Shown here piece after piece: positions 24,500 to 37,262 of a DNA stretch of 64,000 bases (positions are counted from its first letter, which is position 1; every line of letters begins with the position of its first letter). The translations under genes and the position numbers were made by a program. Location of the stretch: positions 37,078,001 to 37,142,000 of the forward strand of contig CM119372.1 of assembly GCA_051294905.1 (NCBI GenBank), given 5' to 3'. The notes under the pieces are model-generated. The model was not told the DNA's origin. It saw nothing but the letters and a program-made list of their open reading frames with translations, and searched no databases. The DNA is from Botryllus schlosseri (taxonomy: Eukaryota).

Positions 24500-27400
24500 A
24501 CCAAGTGTGGAATACTTGCATGGCAAGCGCCATGAAGCTACACTATAATCAAATGGAGGCACCAACTGAACTTCTTCCAGGGCTGAACGTCATTTCTTGG
24601 CAATTTCAGTGGACGGGGGAGAGTCTGAAGACGAACACATCGATTACCTCCTTACTATCTGCGAACGCCAATCTATGAAAAGAAAGGATCGTCGAAGGAT
24701 CACAACTGGGGTTTTCTGCGCCGACACGGGAAGCGTCCTCAAATTGAAAAACGTCGTAGAAACCTAATACCCGCCAAGCTGGAAAGAGCGGCAACCTATA
24801 GACATGAAACTACGTGATATAGGTGACTCCTCCCACGTTGACTCCTTAGTAATAATCAATTTCGACGGACTGTCGGCTCCATTTGCGATCGAGAAAGGAG
24901 ACCTCTCGATATTGTAGGTCTAAAATGGATTGATCATGTACAACAATTACCAAACATAGCGACTGAATTTGAATCTCCGCCTAATGCAAACGAAGAGTTG
25001 TCTTTAGTAACGCTTCATGACGAGATCTCGTGTGATCAGCGGGACGGAACCAAAGTCGGAAGCAGTCTTCGCGACACTGTAACCGATGATGGGTTGATGG
25101 AAGCTGCAAATCAAATAAGCGTCGAGTCGGCACGTTGTCTGTGTCGCCGCAGGCCGTTGCCGCTGGCGCAAGTGTCGAGATGGTAATCACCACTGGCGCG
25201 AAATGTGTCGAGTCAGGAATCCCTGCTGGCACCAATCATAAATACGCCGATCTTACGACGGCAACTGTCTTACCTTCTTTCCCAAAAGGTCAAAAAATAT
25301 GGGAAATCCCTAGTGTTGGGTCAGGTAGCCCCTGCTGGCACTAGTCGAGAAAGTGTCGGGTCAGTTAGCACTGCTGGCACTAACTAAAGATGTGTCGAGT
25401 CAGGAATCCCTGCTGGCACCATTAATGAAGACGTCGAGCGCGGAATCCCGGCTGGCGTAAATAAGGACCTGCACGAGAAAACTGGTCCTAAATGCTCTCG
25501 TGGATGCACTTGTCCGAATAACTGTAATGATTCGGCACATAGATGCATGACGACAGCCACAGTCATGAGTACTACCCCAAAAGGTTTAAACAAAGCAGCT
25601 ATTGCCGGTCAACCGGATACACGCCCGGTCATGTCCGGCAAGGAGTCTGGGGATTTTAAGATGCACGTCTCCCCAGAAACGGGCCCCGGCGGCGACCGAA
25701 TCCGCCGGCGTGACGGTAGGCGTGGGCACGCGCCGAGATCAGAGGTCAGATTGAATAGGTTGGGAATCCCCGCTGACAACGAAGAGCCTCACCCTCCCTC
25801 CACCAACACCAAAACCCCGTTCATCACGAGATTCGCATTGGGCCAATAACTGGCCCAATTACTATGTAGCCTAACCTTACAGCAAGACACCAGTCCCAGC
25901 GTGAAGACGGAACTCGAAAGTCTCTGTGCACAATCGGTAGCACTGGCGAAACTGTCATACAAACCTCCTGACTTTTGACTGGCCTATAAATTATGGCCAT
26001 TCCTGAAGGAGTCTTGACAGCCGTTTATGATCCATTTGCTTCCGAACTTGATAGCCTGCGGGGCCAACTCAGCGCCCCCCAATCCATGAAATACCATTGC
26101 GACATCGGACGTAAGGACCCATCGACTAAGCCTTTCGTTTCTGGCCCTTATAACCTGACGCGGGAGGGTCAGGCGAAGGCACTAAAGGAAGCAATAGATA
26201 TAATACCTGATTTTGGTATTATTGAACAAGGTTTTGCCGAATGAAAAATGGCTATTTTTGTTGTTCATGACAAAACGAATGAAAGACTACAAGACAAGGC
26301 GAGCCGCACTCGATAGTAACAAGAAAACCCCCTTCCCAAGAAGTGTACATGATCGCTTACTACAGTTAGACGTGGGTAACTCCAGCGGCGAAAGCCCATG
26401 ATCCATGCACTACAACGCTGAAACACCTACTACCCATAGCTCTGGCATGGCGGATGGAAACGACGCTGGTGCAAGTTACACAATCGCAACCGATGCATGT
26501 AAAAAAAGACAAACTGTGACTGCTTATGGGAGGCAGCAGTTGCAAACTCGCACACGTAACCAACCCGAGGAAACGATGCAAACCAGCGGTGAAGCACCAA
26601 TGACAACGCGTGTACTTCCAGTTACCACTGCGGACGCTCTGCAGGACTCCACGGATGACGGCGGAATTGGAATCGGAGCGTACTACCAAGATCCGGATCA
26701 CAACCATAAGGCAAGTACCGAAACATTCATTTTGTATTTATCAGGAGACAACAACGACGACTCATCCACGAAGATTGTCGAATTAATGACTACTATCTTG
26801 ACGTCAACGATGGATGACGCATCGCTATAGACTGGGCAGAAGAACATCAAGGGCTCGAAACGTCCGCACCTGAATATCCCCGACTATCAAGAACCACCGT
26901 GGGAAAGACAACCCCAAATTCGACTGATTCGAGCTATACTCGACGGCTACACAAAATGGTGAGGATGGAAGGCGGATATAAGGTAGGAGGCTTATCTTTC
27001 ACCGATAGGATGATTATGGAAGGTGCGAAACTGATACCTACACTGGAACCAGTGGCTTTAATAATGGCGGTAACAGGGTTGATTGCTCTGTTGAGTGTGA
27101 TATGGGTAAGTTATATAAAGTGTCGTCGACGTAGAACCTTAAGTCGCACTAGGAACACGAGGAGACGAAACGGAGCAGAGCAAAGGATGGCGATAAGAGT
27201 ACTACGGAACACAACGGAGAATTACCGAATTTGAAGGTAACAGAATTGGTTCTTAAAATTTACTTGTAAATACAAGATGTATGAAGTTTGTATAGGAAAG
27301 TAGTGAAATGTGATGTTATAATTGTGGTAAATCGTTAAGTAAATTTGTGATAGGTATCAGGCGTACAAAAATAATCCCGGCGACGCATGGTTTGTAATAA

Positions 27401-27700
27401 GTTTCAAGTGAAGTATTTTACGTAATGGGCGTAAACGGAAAAAACTGAAACCTCGTAACTAGATTTAAGCTGAGTCATGATAAGCTAGTTATGTAACGTA
27501 GAAAAATAAGAAAGGCAGTGCATCGTTTATAATAGGTATCAAGGGAAGTATTTTACGTAATGGGCGTAAACGGAAAAAACTGAAACCTCGTAACTAGAAA
27601 TCTGCTGAGGTGTGAAATATCAAATCGAGAGAACAATAAAAGAAAAAGGTTGACGTGTGAAAAGATTGAGTCAATAAGGTGATCACCATGAACGGGTAAT
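24500..27700 (+). mobile_element. Decayed Gypsy-like retroelement relic (gag-like region, RT N-terminus, transmembrane ORF)
   Basis: ORF 25993-26244 KPFVSGPYNL...KALKEAIDIIPDFGIIEQG resembles the P...PY.L...LK..I....GIIE segment at the start of Gypsy RT. An upstream FSG.GE remnant and a Cys/His cluster are gag-like. Downstream ORF 26899-27234 has one TM helix and a basic tail. Boundaries are approximate and no LTR pair was found. Confidence 0.5.
27410..27598 (+). repeat. Perfect 54-bp direct repeat, 135-bp spacing
   Basis: GAAGTATTTTACGTAATGGGCGTAAACGGAAAAAACTGAAACCTCGTAACTAGA at 27410-27463 and 27545-27598. Confidence 0.95.
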
Positions 27701-28909
27701 GTTGGTGTATAGTGCACTAGTTCCAAAATATGTATATGCTACGTGCTACAATTGTACAATGTACATGATTATTTTTGACAGAATAGTACACCGAACAATT
27801 TTGACGCTCTCTGCTCGATTTACCTTCAGCTCATAATGATTGCTCTGTATATAGTCCGAATTTCATATTTGAAGTCATAATAACCTTCCATGCCATCAAA
27901 CTATTATGGCAGCATCGCAAACATTCTGGATGCTCGATCTTTTCAATATTTATTTGATATGACGATGAAGGGGCGCGGAATTTTTCATAAGGGGAGCGCG
28001 TCAAAAATGTTTGAGAACCACCCGTCCTGAAGTATCGAGGTACGATGTATCTGATTTCGAATACAACGAAGATTGCTATGTGACATATCAGCTGGAACAA
28101 CATCACATTATGCCGTGATGTAGCCCCTACGCCTAATATGTGGGACCGATTTGAGTACACTTCGATGTGATTTCTTCAGTGAAACTATTGTTTATTTACT
28201 TGTTCTTTCTCTCATACTTGCTGTGGGATTATATAGCATGTACTTGCCTGTATATAAAGGAATTGCTACGTAGTTCACCCGAATACCGTGATTGCCTGTT
28301 ACATACTTTTTTAAATAATCGATATAGAAAAGCAGTCATGTGGTTCACGATGATCTGCGCCAGTATTGTTTGATTGTGCCGAACGTCCGCAATAGTTACT
28401 TGCAGGGCTGATGCACTTAATTGCTTGCATTTGCATTATATATTGACTACTCGCGCAGACGGTTGTCTTTTCTGTAATAAACGTCTTGTGTGAGTCGAAG
28501 TCGTTTCGTGGTGCAATAGACTATTAGCAGTGCTCCTCAACTTGGGATCCAGCGCCCGTCAGGGGGCGATCTGGATGTTGTGTTGAAAGGGCCGGAAACA
28601 ATCAAAGCGATAAGGGGGTGCTGGGCTCAGGGGGCGGTATTGGGGCAATGACGAAAAACGGAGTCGCAGTAGAGAGACATATGATAGATGATTATATAGT
28701 AGCCTACAGGGGCGGCCAACCCATGACCCGCGAGGTAAAGTTCGTAATAAGTTATATTATATAAAATGAATGGCTCAGATTGTGACCTTGCAAAGCCAAC
28801 GAAAAATTCGATAAGTCTGTCGAAAGAAACTCTCGAAACTCTCACCAAAGAAGCAAATATGCGTGCCGCTATGACTATACAATAATATACATATACGTAT
28901 TTTATATAT

Positions 28910-29555
28910 TAGGGCTGTTAAAAAACAAACTTTTCCTTCAGATTTCACTGGCTACTTGATAACATTGTTACAGGTTGGTTAAAAAGAGGCTGCACACCAA
29001 CTTTAGCTTCATTCCAACCAGTAGAAACGAGATTCGTGCAGTTGAAAGTTTTGAATTTATCAATAAAAAACAAAAAATCAAAATTTCAAAATTTTTCTGC
29101 CGACTCCATAAAATTGTTAGGCTGTCTGTAGAGATGATGCATACCAAATTTGGCTCAATTCTAACCACTAGAAGTGAAGTTATTGCAGAAGAAAAATTAG
29201 TAATTCCGTGATTTTATAATAAATAATCAAGGAGTTAGTCACCGTAAATACAATTCTATTCAAATCCAAATTTTTCTACTGCAATATCTTCGCTTCTAGT
29301 GGTTGGAATTGAGCCAAATTTGGTGTGCATCATCTGTACTGACAGCCTAACAATTTCATGGGGACGGCAGAAAAATTTTGAAATTTTGATTTTTTGTTTT
29401 TTATTGATAAATTCAAAACTTTCAACTGCACGAATCTCGCTTCTACTGGTCGGAATGAAGCCAAAGTTGGCGTGCAGCGTCTTTTTAACCAACCTATAAC
29501 AATGTTATCGAGTAACCAGTGAAATCTGAAGGAAAAGTTTTTTTGAACAGCCCTA
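28910..29555. mobile_element. Foldback/palindromic MITE with about 290-bp inverted arms
   Basis: TAGGGCTGTT...AACAGCCCTA termini. The mirror ORFs 28975-29211(+) and 29256-29492(-) are near-identical because of the inverted arms. Confidence 0.9.
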
Positions 29556-29782
29556 GTGTCCATCAACCTAAACTCAAATAAACACGTATCCAATCGATTA
29601 TTCAAAATCACGTAGGCCTACAGATACCCTGCAGCGGCTCATAGGCAACACTAAATATGAGCTACCCGAAGGCAAATTTATTCATATACCATGTTATTCG
29701 TAATCGCTCACTCCACTTTCGGTAGTGCGTATTATATATTCGATCGGCTTAACGCAAGAGCCACCGAGCGAGATAATGTAAT

Positions 29783-29958
29783 GGTGATGCGTCCGGCCCA
29801 CTGGTCAATATAAACGGCTCATTGATCGGTGTGGTTCATGGATTCAATCCCCCGACCGAAGACTCGTATCCGCGGCTTTCCCGTTAATAGGTGCTCACAT
29901 CAACGGATAGCATGGGGGAGTAATAAATGATGGTGCAGCCTGTATGACCACACCGTCT
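29783..29958 (+). mobile_element. Probable tRNA-derived SINE (degenerate)
   Basis: A-box-like CGGCCCACTGGTC and B-box-like GGATTCAATCCC at tRNA-like spacing. Confidence 0.45.
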
Positions 29959-29981
29959 TTGTTTTGAGGTATTCATGGTGT

Positions 29982-30301
29982 TGCAGCTATCCAGCTGTGA
30001 TCACTCGTCCATGATATTCCGCAATGTCTCGAATAAGAACCTACTTCTTGTTGTGATGTCTTGACACTCTATATAAGTGTATGGTATCACGTGTGAGACT
30101 TTACTTTTGATTATGAGACTCTATACGCTACTACTGTATAACGTTCTGAATAAACCATTGTATTGAGCATATATCTGGTACGAAGAACTTCACCCAAGGC
30201 AACAGCTTCTCGAGATAAGTATTGTATAGCCGAGCACCAAGACAATTGGTTAGCTGTACTTTCATACAGATCATCAGAGACATTAAGCTCTAATTGCTGC
30301 A
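29982..30301 (+). repeat. 5' LTR
   Basis: Direct repeat of 35587-35906. Contains TATATAA and AATAAA. Confidence 0.93.
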
Positions 30302-32442
30302 TGGGCCCTGAGAAAGTCGTTCGGGTATACAACTTCAATACTGAGACTGACGTTTTTGCTATCGACGACAAGGACATTCTTCACGGACGAACACGGTACA
30401 CGTTTTTAATTGTCAATTTCTGTTGAAAACGATCATGACAGCTGACCCTATTGAATTGTGTATGTGTTAGTGATTTTTGAAGTGTTATTGTTATATTGTC
30501 GTTACATATTCAATGTTGCCATAGACAAGTGTTTACTAAAGTGTCTAAATGGCGAGTAAAAATATGCAACCAGCAGCTGAGAAGGTACTATACTCTGAAA
30601 TCGGTCACGCTAAATATGTTAAGCACGAAGATGCTTCACCCGGTATTGCCGATGAAAGAATTAGGCACGCTTTTCCTATCAGCTGTGCAATAAACGCGCC
30701 TACGTATTTAGGCGAACCTCGATTTAATCGAATGGTTAAAATTGGTCAAAATAACGACGCCATTTTCTCCGGACAGCCGGGGCTATCAGCGCACATTGCG
30801 AAAAATTCGACTATCGTCGACCCGCAAGAATCAAATCGCCTTCCCGTTCAAAATTGTGTCGCGCCGTCAGTAAATGATAGCTCAGCTTTTCTGAGACAAT
30901 ATATGACTGACGCGCAAAGGCAAATGACTTTGATTGTTGACAAACTGAGCGCATTACATTCGATACGCGTTACCCGTGTCTCTAACCTATGATTTCCAAC
31001 CAAAATATTACGCTAAGATATGGTCGAATGTGAATTAGGTCTTAGGTATCTTTTGTGCTTGAATTCGTTAATATGGGATTTATCTTGTGCACAGATCAAA
31101 TTAACTTATCCCACAATCGTAGAATTCGTTAAGCACTATATCTTATGGGATTACCGTACGCTAATAATGGATTATGTCCCACATTTACTGAGAAAATATC
31201 ACCGATTTATGCAATTACACGGCAACTCTCATTGAATATTGAATTGAGATGCGAGAAATCGGGGGCTGGCATTCGTTCGACCCGGGTGTGTAGAGGCGGG
31301 ATGAAGAAGTTGAGAGCCTAACGCTTCCTGGTCCGAACAAACCTGCAGATTGAACGGACCGGGGCTAAGGCGGGCCTCTTTGCGATCATTCCCGTGTCTA
31401 TACGATAGAACCTTTGACCGGTACCGCAGTCTCGTGTCGGATTTATATGCATTGACTGTATAATGTCGAGCGGCATCCTTTATGCCTACAACGCATTTTT
31501 ATCAACCTTCATAGCTTAATGGCCTCTGCTAAGTTAAGGTGTTATCGGTGACTTCAAATATTATTAACATTACGCCCGTAATGTTCTTCATCTCAGCTCT
31601 ATATATAGACCTATTGTAAAATTCGGTAAAACTATGTCATATCTTGTTCAGTCGAATAATAACTGAACAGCGTACATTGGTTTGGATTCATAGATAACGG
31701 ACACGGAATAGACTAGTTACGGAAATCTTTTTTTTAAATTCGTGAACGGATACTTATCACATAACGCGTATGTGAATTTCGATATTAATACGGCACACGC
31801 TATAGCGCCACCACGTTCATGTTCCGCTGATTCTAAACTCAACGGTTTCTTAAATTTCGTAACTTTTAGCAAGGAAGTGTAATTTCGCTATACAGATTTC
31901 TTGTTCAGCATAATCGCTGAAATCATTATTCGGTTCCACCATTATTATCTAACCGAAATTATGCTAATTTGCCCGAATATTGTACTTTTACCGATCGTCC
32001 ATAATGACGCATCTTTCATTCAAAGAACCCATTCGTAACTCCACATTGAGTAATGGTAGTCTGACGGCATTTCAAAAAGTGATTTCATAGGCATTTCAGC
32101 TTTCATATATTTACAGACACATAACAGCCCTCTCACTCCTCTGTATATGATAACATCATGCCATGATCCATGTGAGTTTGACAGATATTGTAATTACTCA
32201 CTTACATTTCTAATAAATCCTTCATTTGTTTTCGATTACGCGCCAGACCAGAGCATCTATTCCGCAACTCCTAAACGCTATCTGGGTTGCTCTTTGGCTG
32301 ACGTAATAGGGCATGACTCCCTGTTTGAATTTTTTTTTCTACAATTTGCTACACATGTTACACGTTAATGTATAAGCGTGCAAGATTGAAATATGACACG
32401 CCTTCGGGACTATTTGTAATTACCGAGGCCGTGCTTTGTAGC

Positions 32443-33559
32443 CAGAGGTATTCAGTAACGAAGTACTTCTACTTTTTTTTGATTTACTCGAATCAATTTC
32501 CTCTACTTCGGATCCTTACTCACGTACATCTGATTTTCGCTACTTCTATTTCATAATACTTTGTGATCTACTTACTTACTTTTCGCTATTTTCAGTTTGT
32601 CAAGTAGAAGTAGTTTAATCCTTCAATCAGGAAGATAGCCTGAGGAATTCCGGGGATGTTTTCACGAAGTATCAACACTTAATTTTCATAAAAGTTGAGT
32701 AAAGCACCGCGTTGTCGCACTTCGCCTGGCTCGTCATGACGTTTGAAACGGATGTTTCGCAATCTAGCATTTACTTATCATATTGCAATCTAGCAGTCCT
32801 TGACGTGTTCTAATCTGGAAAAGTGGACTTTGATTTTTTTTAGCTTTACAGATGTTTTAGCACACCAACCTTCGAAACTTTCCGGACTAAAAACGCTTTT
32901 AGAAGTAGCATTTATACTTCATTTTCAATCCCCAGTATCATATACTTTGAGTTCTAATTAACATCAGTTCTTTTGTCTGGATAACATACATGTTGAAGTA
33001 TTAAAGCAAGTGTAGTAATGCCTTTAATTTCTGGAAATAAAGCTACACAATATGGCATTTTTACGGTCCACTATACTTTCTTATTAACGTTTACGGATCG
33101 CACAAAGTGTTTAAATCGTATCCAATACAGCTTCTCCGTATTGCTCTTCGACTAAACTGCAGGCCTTATAATATGTGGGATAATGTCATACCATGATGTT
33201 TTCTAAAACGTGCTGTTCGAGTAAACATAGGATTAGTATCGCATTTCCATATCAATACTATGATTTCAATCCCATGATGCTGACGAATGCCTATGCTGTC
33301 AAAAATTGGATACCTCCTGGTATGCATCAATCTAATCAAGCTCGATTTACACCTTTTGAGAATCCATGTAAGCGAATTACGATCGTTTTCACAGCTACTT
33401 ACTTACTTGAGTAGATTTAAAGTCAGTCAATTCTACGTCTACTTCAAGTAGTTTTAGGTTGCTTATGGAAGAAGTACTTCTACTCGTACTTGGGTCGATT
33501 TTTTTCGTCGCTACTTATACTTCTACTGAGTAACTTTCTTGACTATTTTTACCATTTCT
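32443..33559 (-). mobile_element. hAT MITE family A nested in the LTR element
   Basis: Reverse copy of family A with eroded TIRs. TSD TTTGTAGC at 32435-32442 and 33560-33567. Confidence 0.85.
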
Positions 33560-35586
33560 TTTGTAGCAAGATCTAGCTTTAGTATCTGCTTTTTAATATT
33601 GTTTATATCATTCAGCTTATTTTCATTAATAGCTTACTAACGCTACCCTACTTTATATTTCACGGCATCGCGTGCGTACATTTAGCATAACTATGAGCGC
33701 TATCCCGTACTTCAACAACATGTTGCAATTGCTGAGATAATTACTCCGCATAAAGAGACTATCAGAAAAATGTGTATTTCCACATTGTTAAGCCCTTGAA
33801 ACGCCCATTATTTTCAGTTTTCGATATAATTTTAATAAACAACCACTGAACAGGCTTATAATGTATCTTTCAAGTTTGAAACATTTCTTAGTGCTTCAAC
33901 AGCCTTATAATGACTCGATTAATATCAATTCTGTATAACGTCATAACGCGCTGTTTTATCATTTCTAGCCAGTTGATTGACTTGTGATGAGTTCACTTTA
34001 CAAAACTCAGCAGTACCTATCAATCGCACATCCGCTGTCAAGATTACGCAAACCATTACCCCGGCCGCACCGAGAATTTATTACTTGGATCGCAATTTAA
34101 CAGACATGTTTTGACTTACATTAGGAGTTCGCTAGTTACCAGACTTCCTGTCCATATTGCATTTTCTTTCGCCACGTGCAAAATATTTTTCGCGCGTCTG
34201 CTCCCTACATTTTTTTCCGCAGTCGCCAGTGATTGACCCCTTACTTGCAACGCTGTAAGGGAACAGCGTGCCTTATTGTTTTTAAAATTGTTTCTGATAT
34301 TGCTAACACCGTACTACTTAGGTACGCCTTCTCAGACTGGTCGCTTATTGATAGATTGTGTGCTTTCTTTCATGCTTGTATCGTTATTTTGTGCTGATTG
34401 TAATAGTGCTAGTATATGCCCTTTCGACGTGATGCTGTCGTGAGGTTTTTTGCAGAATTGACGAATTATTCGTGTCCGTCGTCCACACTTCCGCGTTCCG
34501 GCGTACGCTTCTACTCATGTGTGCAAATTCATCGAAACGCTTTCGACCACTTCAACAACGACCTGGCAATATTCTCGGGACGATTCTGAAACCACGTGCC
34601 GTTGCGCTGCAACAATTGACAGCGACAGTTCGCCCCTATTCCACCGACGTAACGACACCGATATACCGCGACCGATCGCCCGACCGTCCGAAGATATCCC
34701 ACCTCTGCAATCATTGGCCGGCACTATAGCACCATCACGCGTACGTAGCCACGTCGAATCTGAAACCCCGCACAGCGTCTTAAGTGAGCTGTATATACGC
34801 TGAAGTCTGTGTCAATCAGACAAATGATGAATCGCAGACGAAAATTACGCAGTTCTTACAACCCGAGACGATGCCAGACCCCACAGGAAACTGCACGTGC
34901 ACGACAGTGCAGGCACACATGAGTTGGAGTAACAAGTTGTACGCCGGAAACACATGTACATTATCGATCGAGATTTTGGACGGATTTCACTGACCAGGAA
35001 CACACTGGTGCATATGGGCCACGGCCCGAAACTGAAGTTTACGCGGACTTGAGTATGTTGGTTACTCTAAGTCACAATATCGATCGAGATATTGCAATGT
35101 TTGAACTGGCCACTCTTGTATATATACCGGCCACGAACCGAAGTGAATTCTGCCTTCACGTGAACAGCGGCGGTACCACTCATGATGATTTGGGCTGTCA
35201 CGTGGATGAATTTGTATTTGATTAGGCTTACTTTTTGCTTAGGATTAAATTGCTTTGTGTTATTCCATTTCGGGTAACTTGTATATTAGAAATGCAGTAT
35301 AAAACCTTACTCTTGCAATTCTCATACTATAACTGAAACTGTATAGGCCCAATTCATTGTAGTTGTTTGATAACATTTCAGTAATTACTTTAAGGGTCGT
35401 TGGAAATTTAAAGTCTTACTCGTAGTGTGACTAACCGATCTCTTTTTTTTAATGGGGACGGGGTGACCTTTCTGTACCAAAATTTGTATTCGACATAGTA
35501 AATCGATTTTGTCATTCATGGTCGTATAATCTAATTGGCTTTTCCCTTAATTAGCCCTAATTAAGTTCCTTTTCGAGAAGAGACTG

Positions 35587-35906
35587 TGCAGCTATCCAGC
35601 TGTGATCACTCGTCCATGATATTCCGCAATGTCTCGAATAAGAACCTACTTCTTGTTGTGATGTCTTGACACTCTATATAAGTGTATGGTATCACGTGTG
35701 AGACTTTACTTTTGATTATGAGACTCTATACGCCACTACTGTATAACGTTCTGAATAAACCATTGTATTGAGCATATATCTGGTACGAAGAACTTCACCC
35801 AAGGCAACAGCTTCTCGAGATAAGTATTGTATAGCCGAGCACCAAGACAATTGGTTAGCTGTACTTTCATACAGATCATCAGAGACATTAAGCTCTAATT
35901 GCTGCA
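35587..35906 (+). repeat. 3' LTR
   Basis: Direct repeat of 29982-30301, preceded by a polypurine tract and followed by the TSD GTGT. Confidence 0.93.
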
Positions 35907-35934
35907 GTGTTTGTGGAATATGGTCAATTGCTGA

Positions 35935-37262
35935 CAGTAAATTCAAAAATTAACCTAACAGTTAACATCGCTGGTCACCCCGTTTCCAACACAGATAATG
36001 CAAAATATATCGGGGTTTTATTGGACTCGGACATATTCTGGAAGAGTCATATTCAGTCCCTGGACACTAAATTATCACCAAAGTGCGGCCTGTTCTACAG
36101 CCTCGGACGCTTCATGCCAGCCTGGGTCCTTCTGACACTCTTAAAATCCTTAATCAAATCGAAGTCACAATATGGCATCCTTTGTTGGGGGCTCCCAATT
36201 TAACTGCACTCGAGGGACTGCAAAAACTACAACATAAGGTCCTCCGTATCAAAGCTAGAGCCCCACAGGGGCCTGGTTGTCCATCCAACAAGTCGCTGCT
36301 GAAGAGATTTGGTGTCCTAAACATAGATAATATGCGGAAACTAGAAATCGCAAAGTTTATGTATCAGTTCCACTATGGTCGTTGCCCCGAATATTTCAAT
36401 GACTTTTTTTTTACCTCAGACTCAAAAGCGCACAAGTATAGCCTACAACACACACGCGTCCACGTTGTCCAAATATCATATGATTGACCGAAAAGATCAT
36501 CGCTCCATCAAATATGCCGGACCTGATGTGTGGAACAATATCCCGCCGGCTATCCGACAGTCGACGAGCATGTCCACATTCAAGTCAAAATACAAGGAAT
36601 TACTACTAAATGAATACTAGTGCATCCTCAAGATTACCGGAACACGACTGACCTATCGATCTCGCCTTCCATGACATGCCACCCCATTTTTGTCTCTTAT
36701 TGCTTTCTTCTATACCCGTGGTTCCCAACCTTTTTCGACTCATCGCCCCCTTTTCAAGTTCAACACCGATCATCGCCCCCCAAATTTTGTGAACCGAAAA
36801 ATGGGCATACAAACTGGAAGCACCGGCGGGTTGACTAAAAAAAAGGTCAACTTTTCGGCTCGATGTCGAATTGTACACTTTTGCAACCAAATTTTGGTGG
36901 GTTGATTAAAAAAAGGGTCATTTCTCCGCCTTGACTCCAATATAGCCGTTTTAACGCGTCATCGCCCCCTTCGCTATTTTCGCCCCCTGTCGCCCCCTTC
37001 GTCATTTTCGCCTCCCTAGACCGTCAAATCGCCCCCTGGGGGGCGATATCGCCCACGTTGGGAACCACTGTTCTATACTATCCTCTTTACTTTTCAGTCA
37101 GTGCGCGTGCCTCCTCTTCACATCGCCTAGGCCAAGGTGGGTGTCTGATTCCATAGACTACTCCAAGTCGCTTCGACACCTTCCTATTTTTTCATTGTAT
37201 CGCATTTTGTGGTACATTGAACTGATAAAATTGCTAATAACCCAATAATGATGATGATGATA
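35935..37262 (+). mobile_element. 5'-truncated CR1/L2-group LINE (ORF2 C-terminus and 3' UTR)
   Basis: Frameshifted ORFs give AKYIGVLLDSDIFWKSHI, YGILCWG, LQKLQHKVLRI and SIKYAGPDVWNNIP...FK, the typical post-RT region of apurinic-endonuclease LINEs. (TGA)n-type tail near 37249-37260. Confidence 0.85.
36716..37070. mobile_element. hAT (Charlie/Buster-type) MITE in the LINE 3' UTR
   Basis: TIRs CCGTGGTTCCCAAC / GTTGGGAACCACTG. Perfect TSD TTCTATAC. TCGCCCCC subterminal repeats. Confidence 0.9.

Larger units (their letters stand above)
29982..35906 (+). mobile_element. Young non-autonomous LTR retroelement (LARD-like), 5925 bp
   Basis: LTRs at 29982-30301 and 35587-35906 (320 bp, one mismatch seen, TGCAGC...GCTGCA ends). 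4-bp TSD GTGT. TGG-starting PBS-like site at 30302. Purine tract GAGAAGAGA just before the 3' LTR. Longest internal ORF is 147 aa. Confidence 0.92.

Noticed and set aside
28160..28530. Possible solo LTR (TATA and AATAAA)
   Set aside because: No second copy, clear termini or TSD found.
28968..29611. Paired near-identical ORFs on opposite strands
   Set aside because: They are a by-product of the inverted arms of a foldback MITE.
30111..30426. Duplicated ORFs (also 35716-35953)
   Set aside because: They lie within the two LTRs and diverge at the LTR boundary.
34457..34993. Cluster of overlapping ORFs inside the LTR element
   Set aside because: No identifiable domain. It cannot be assigned as env, a captured exon or a host exon.
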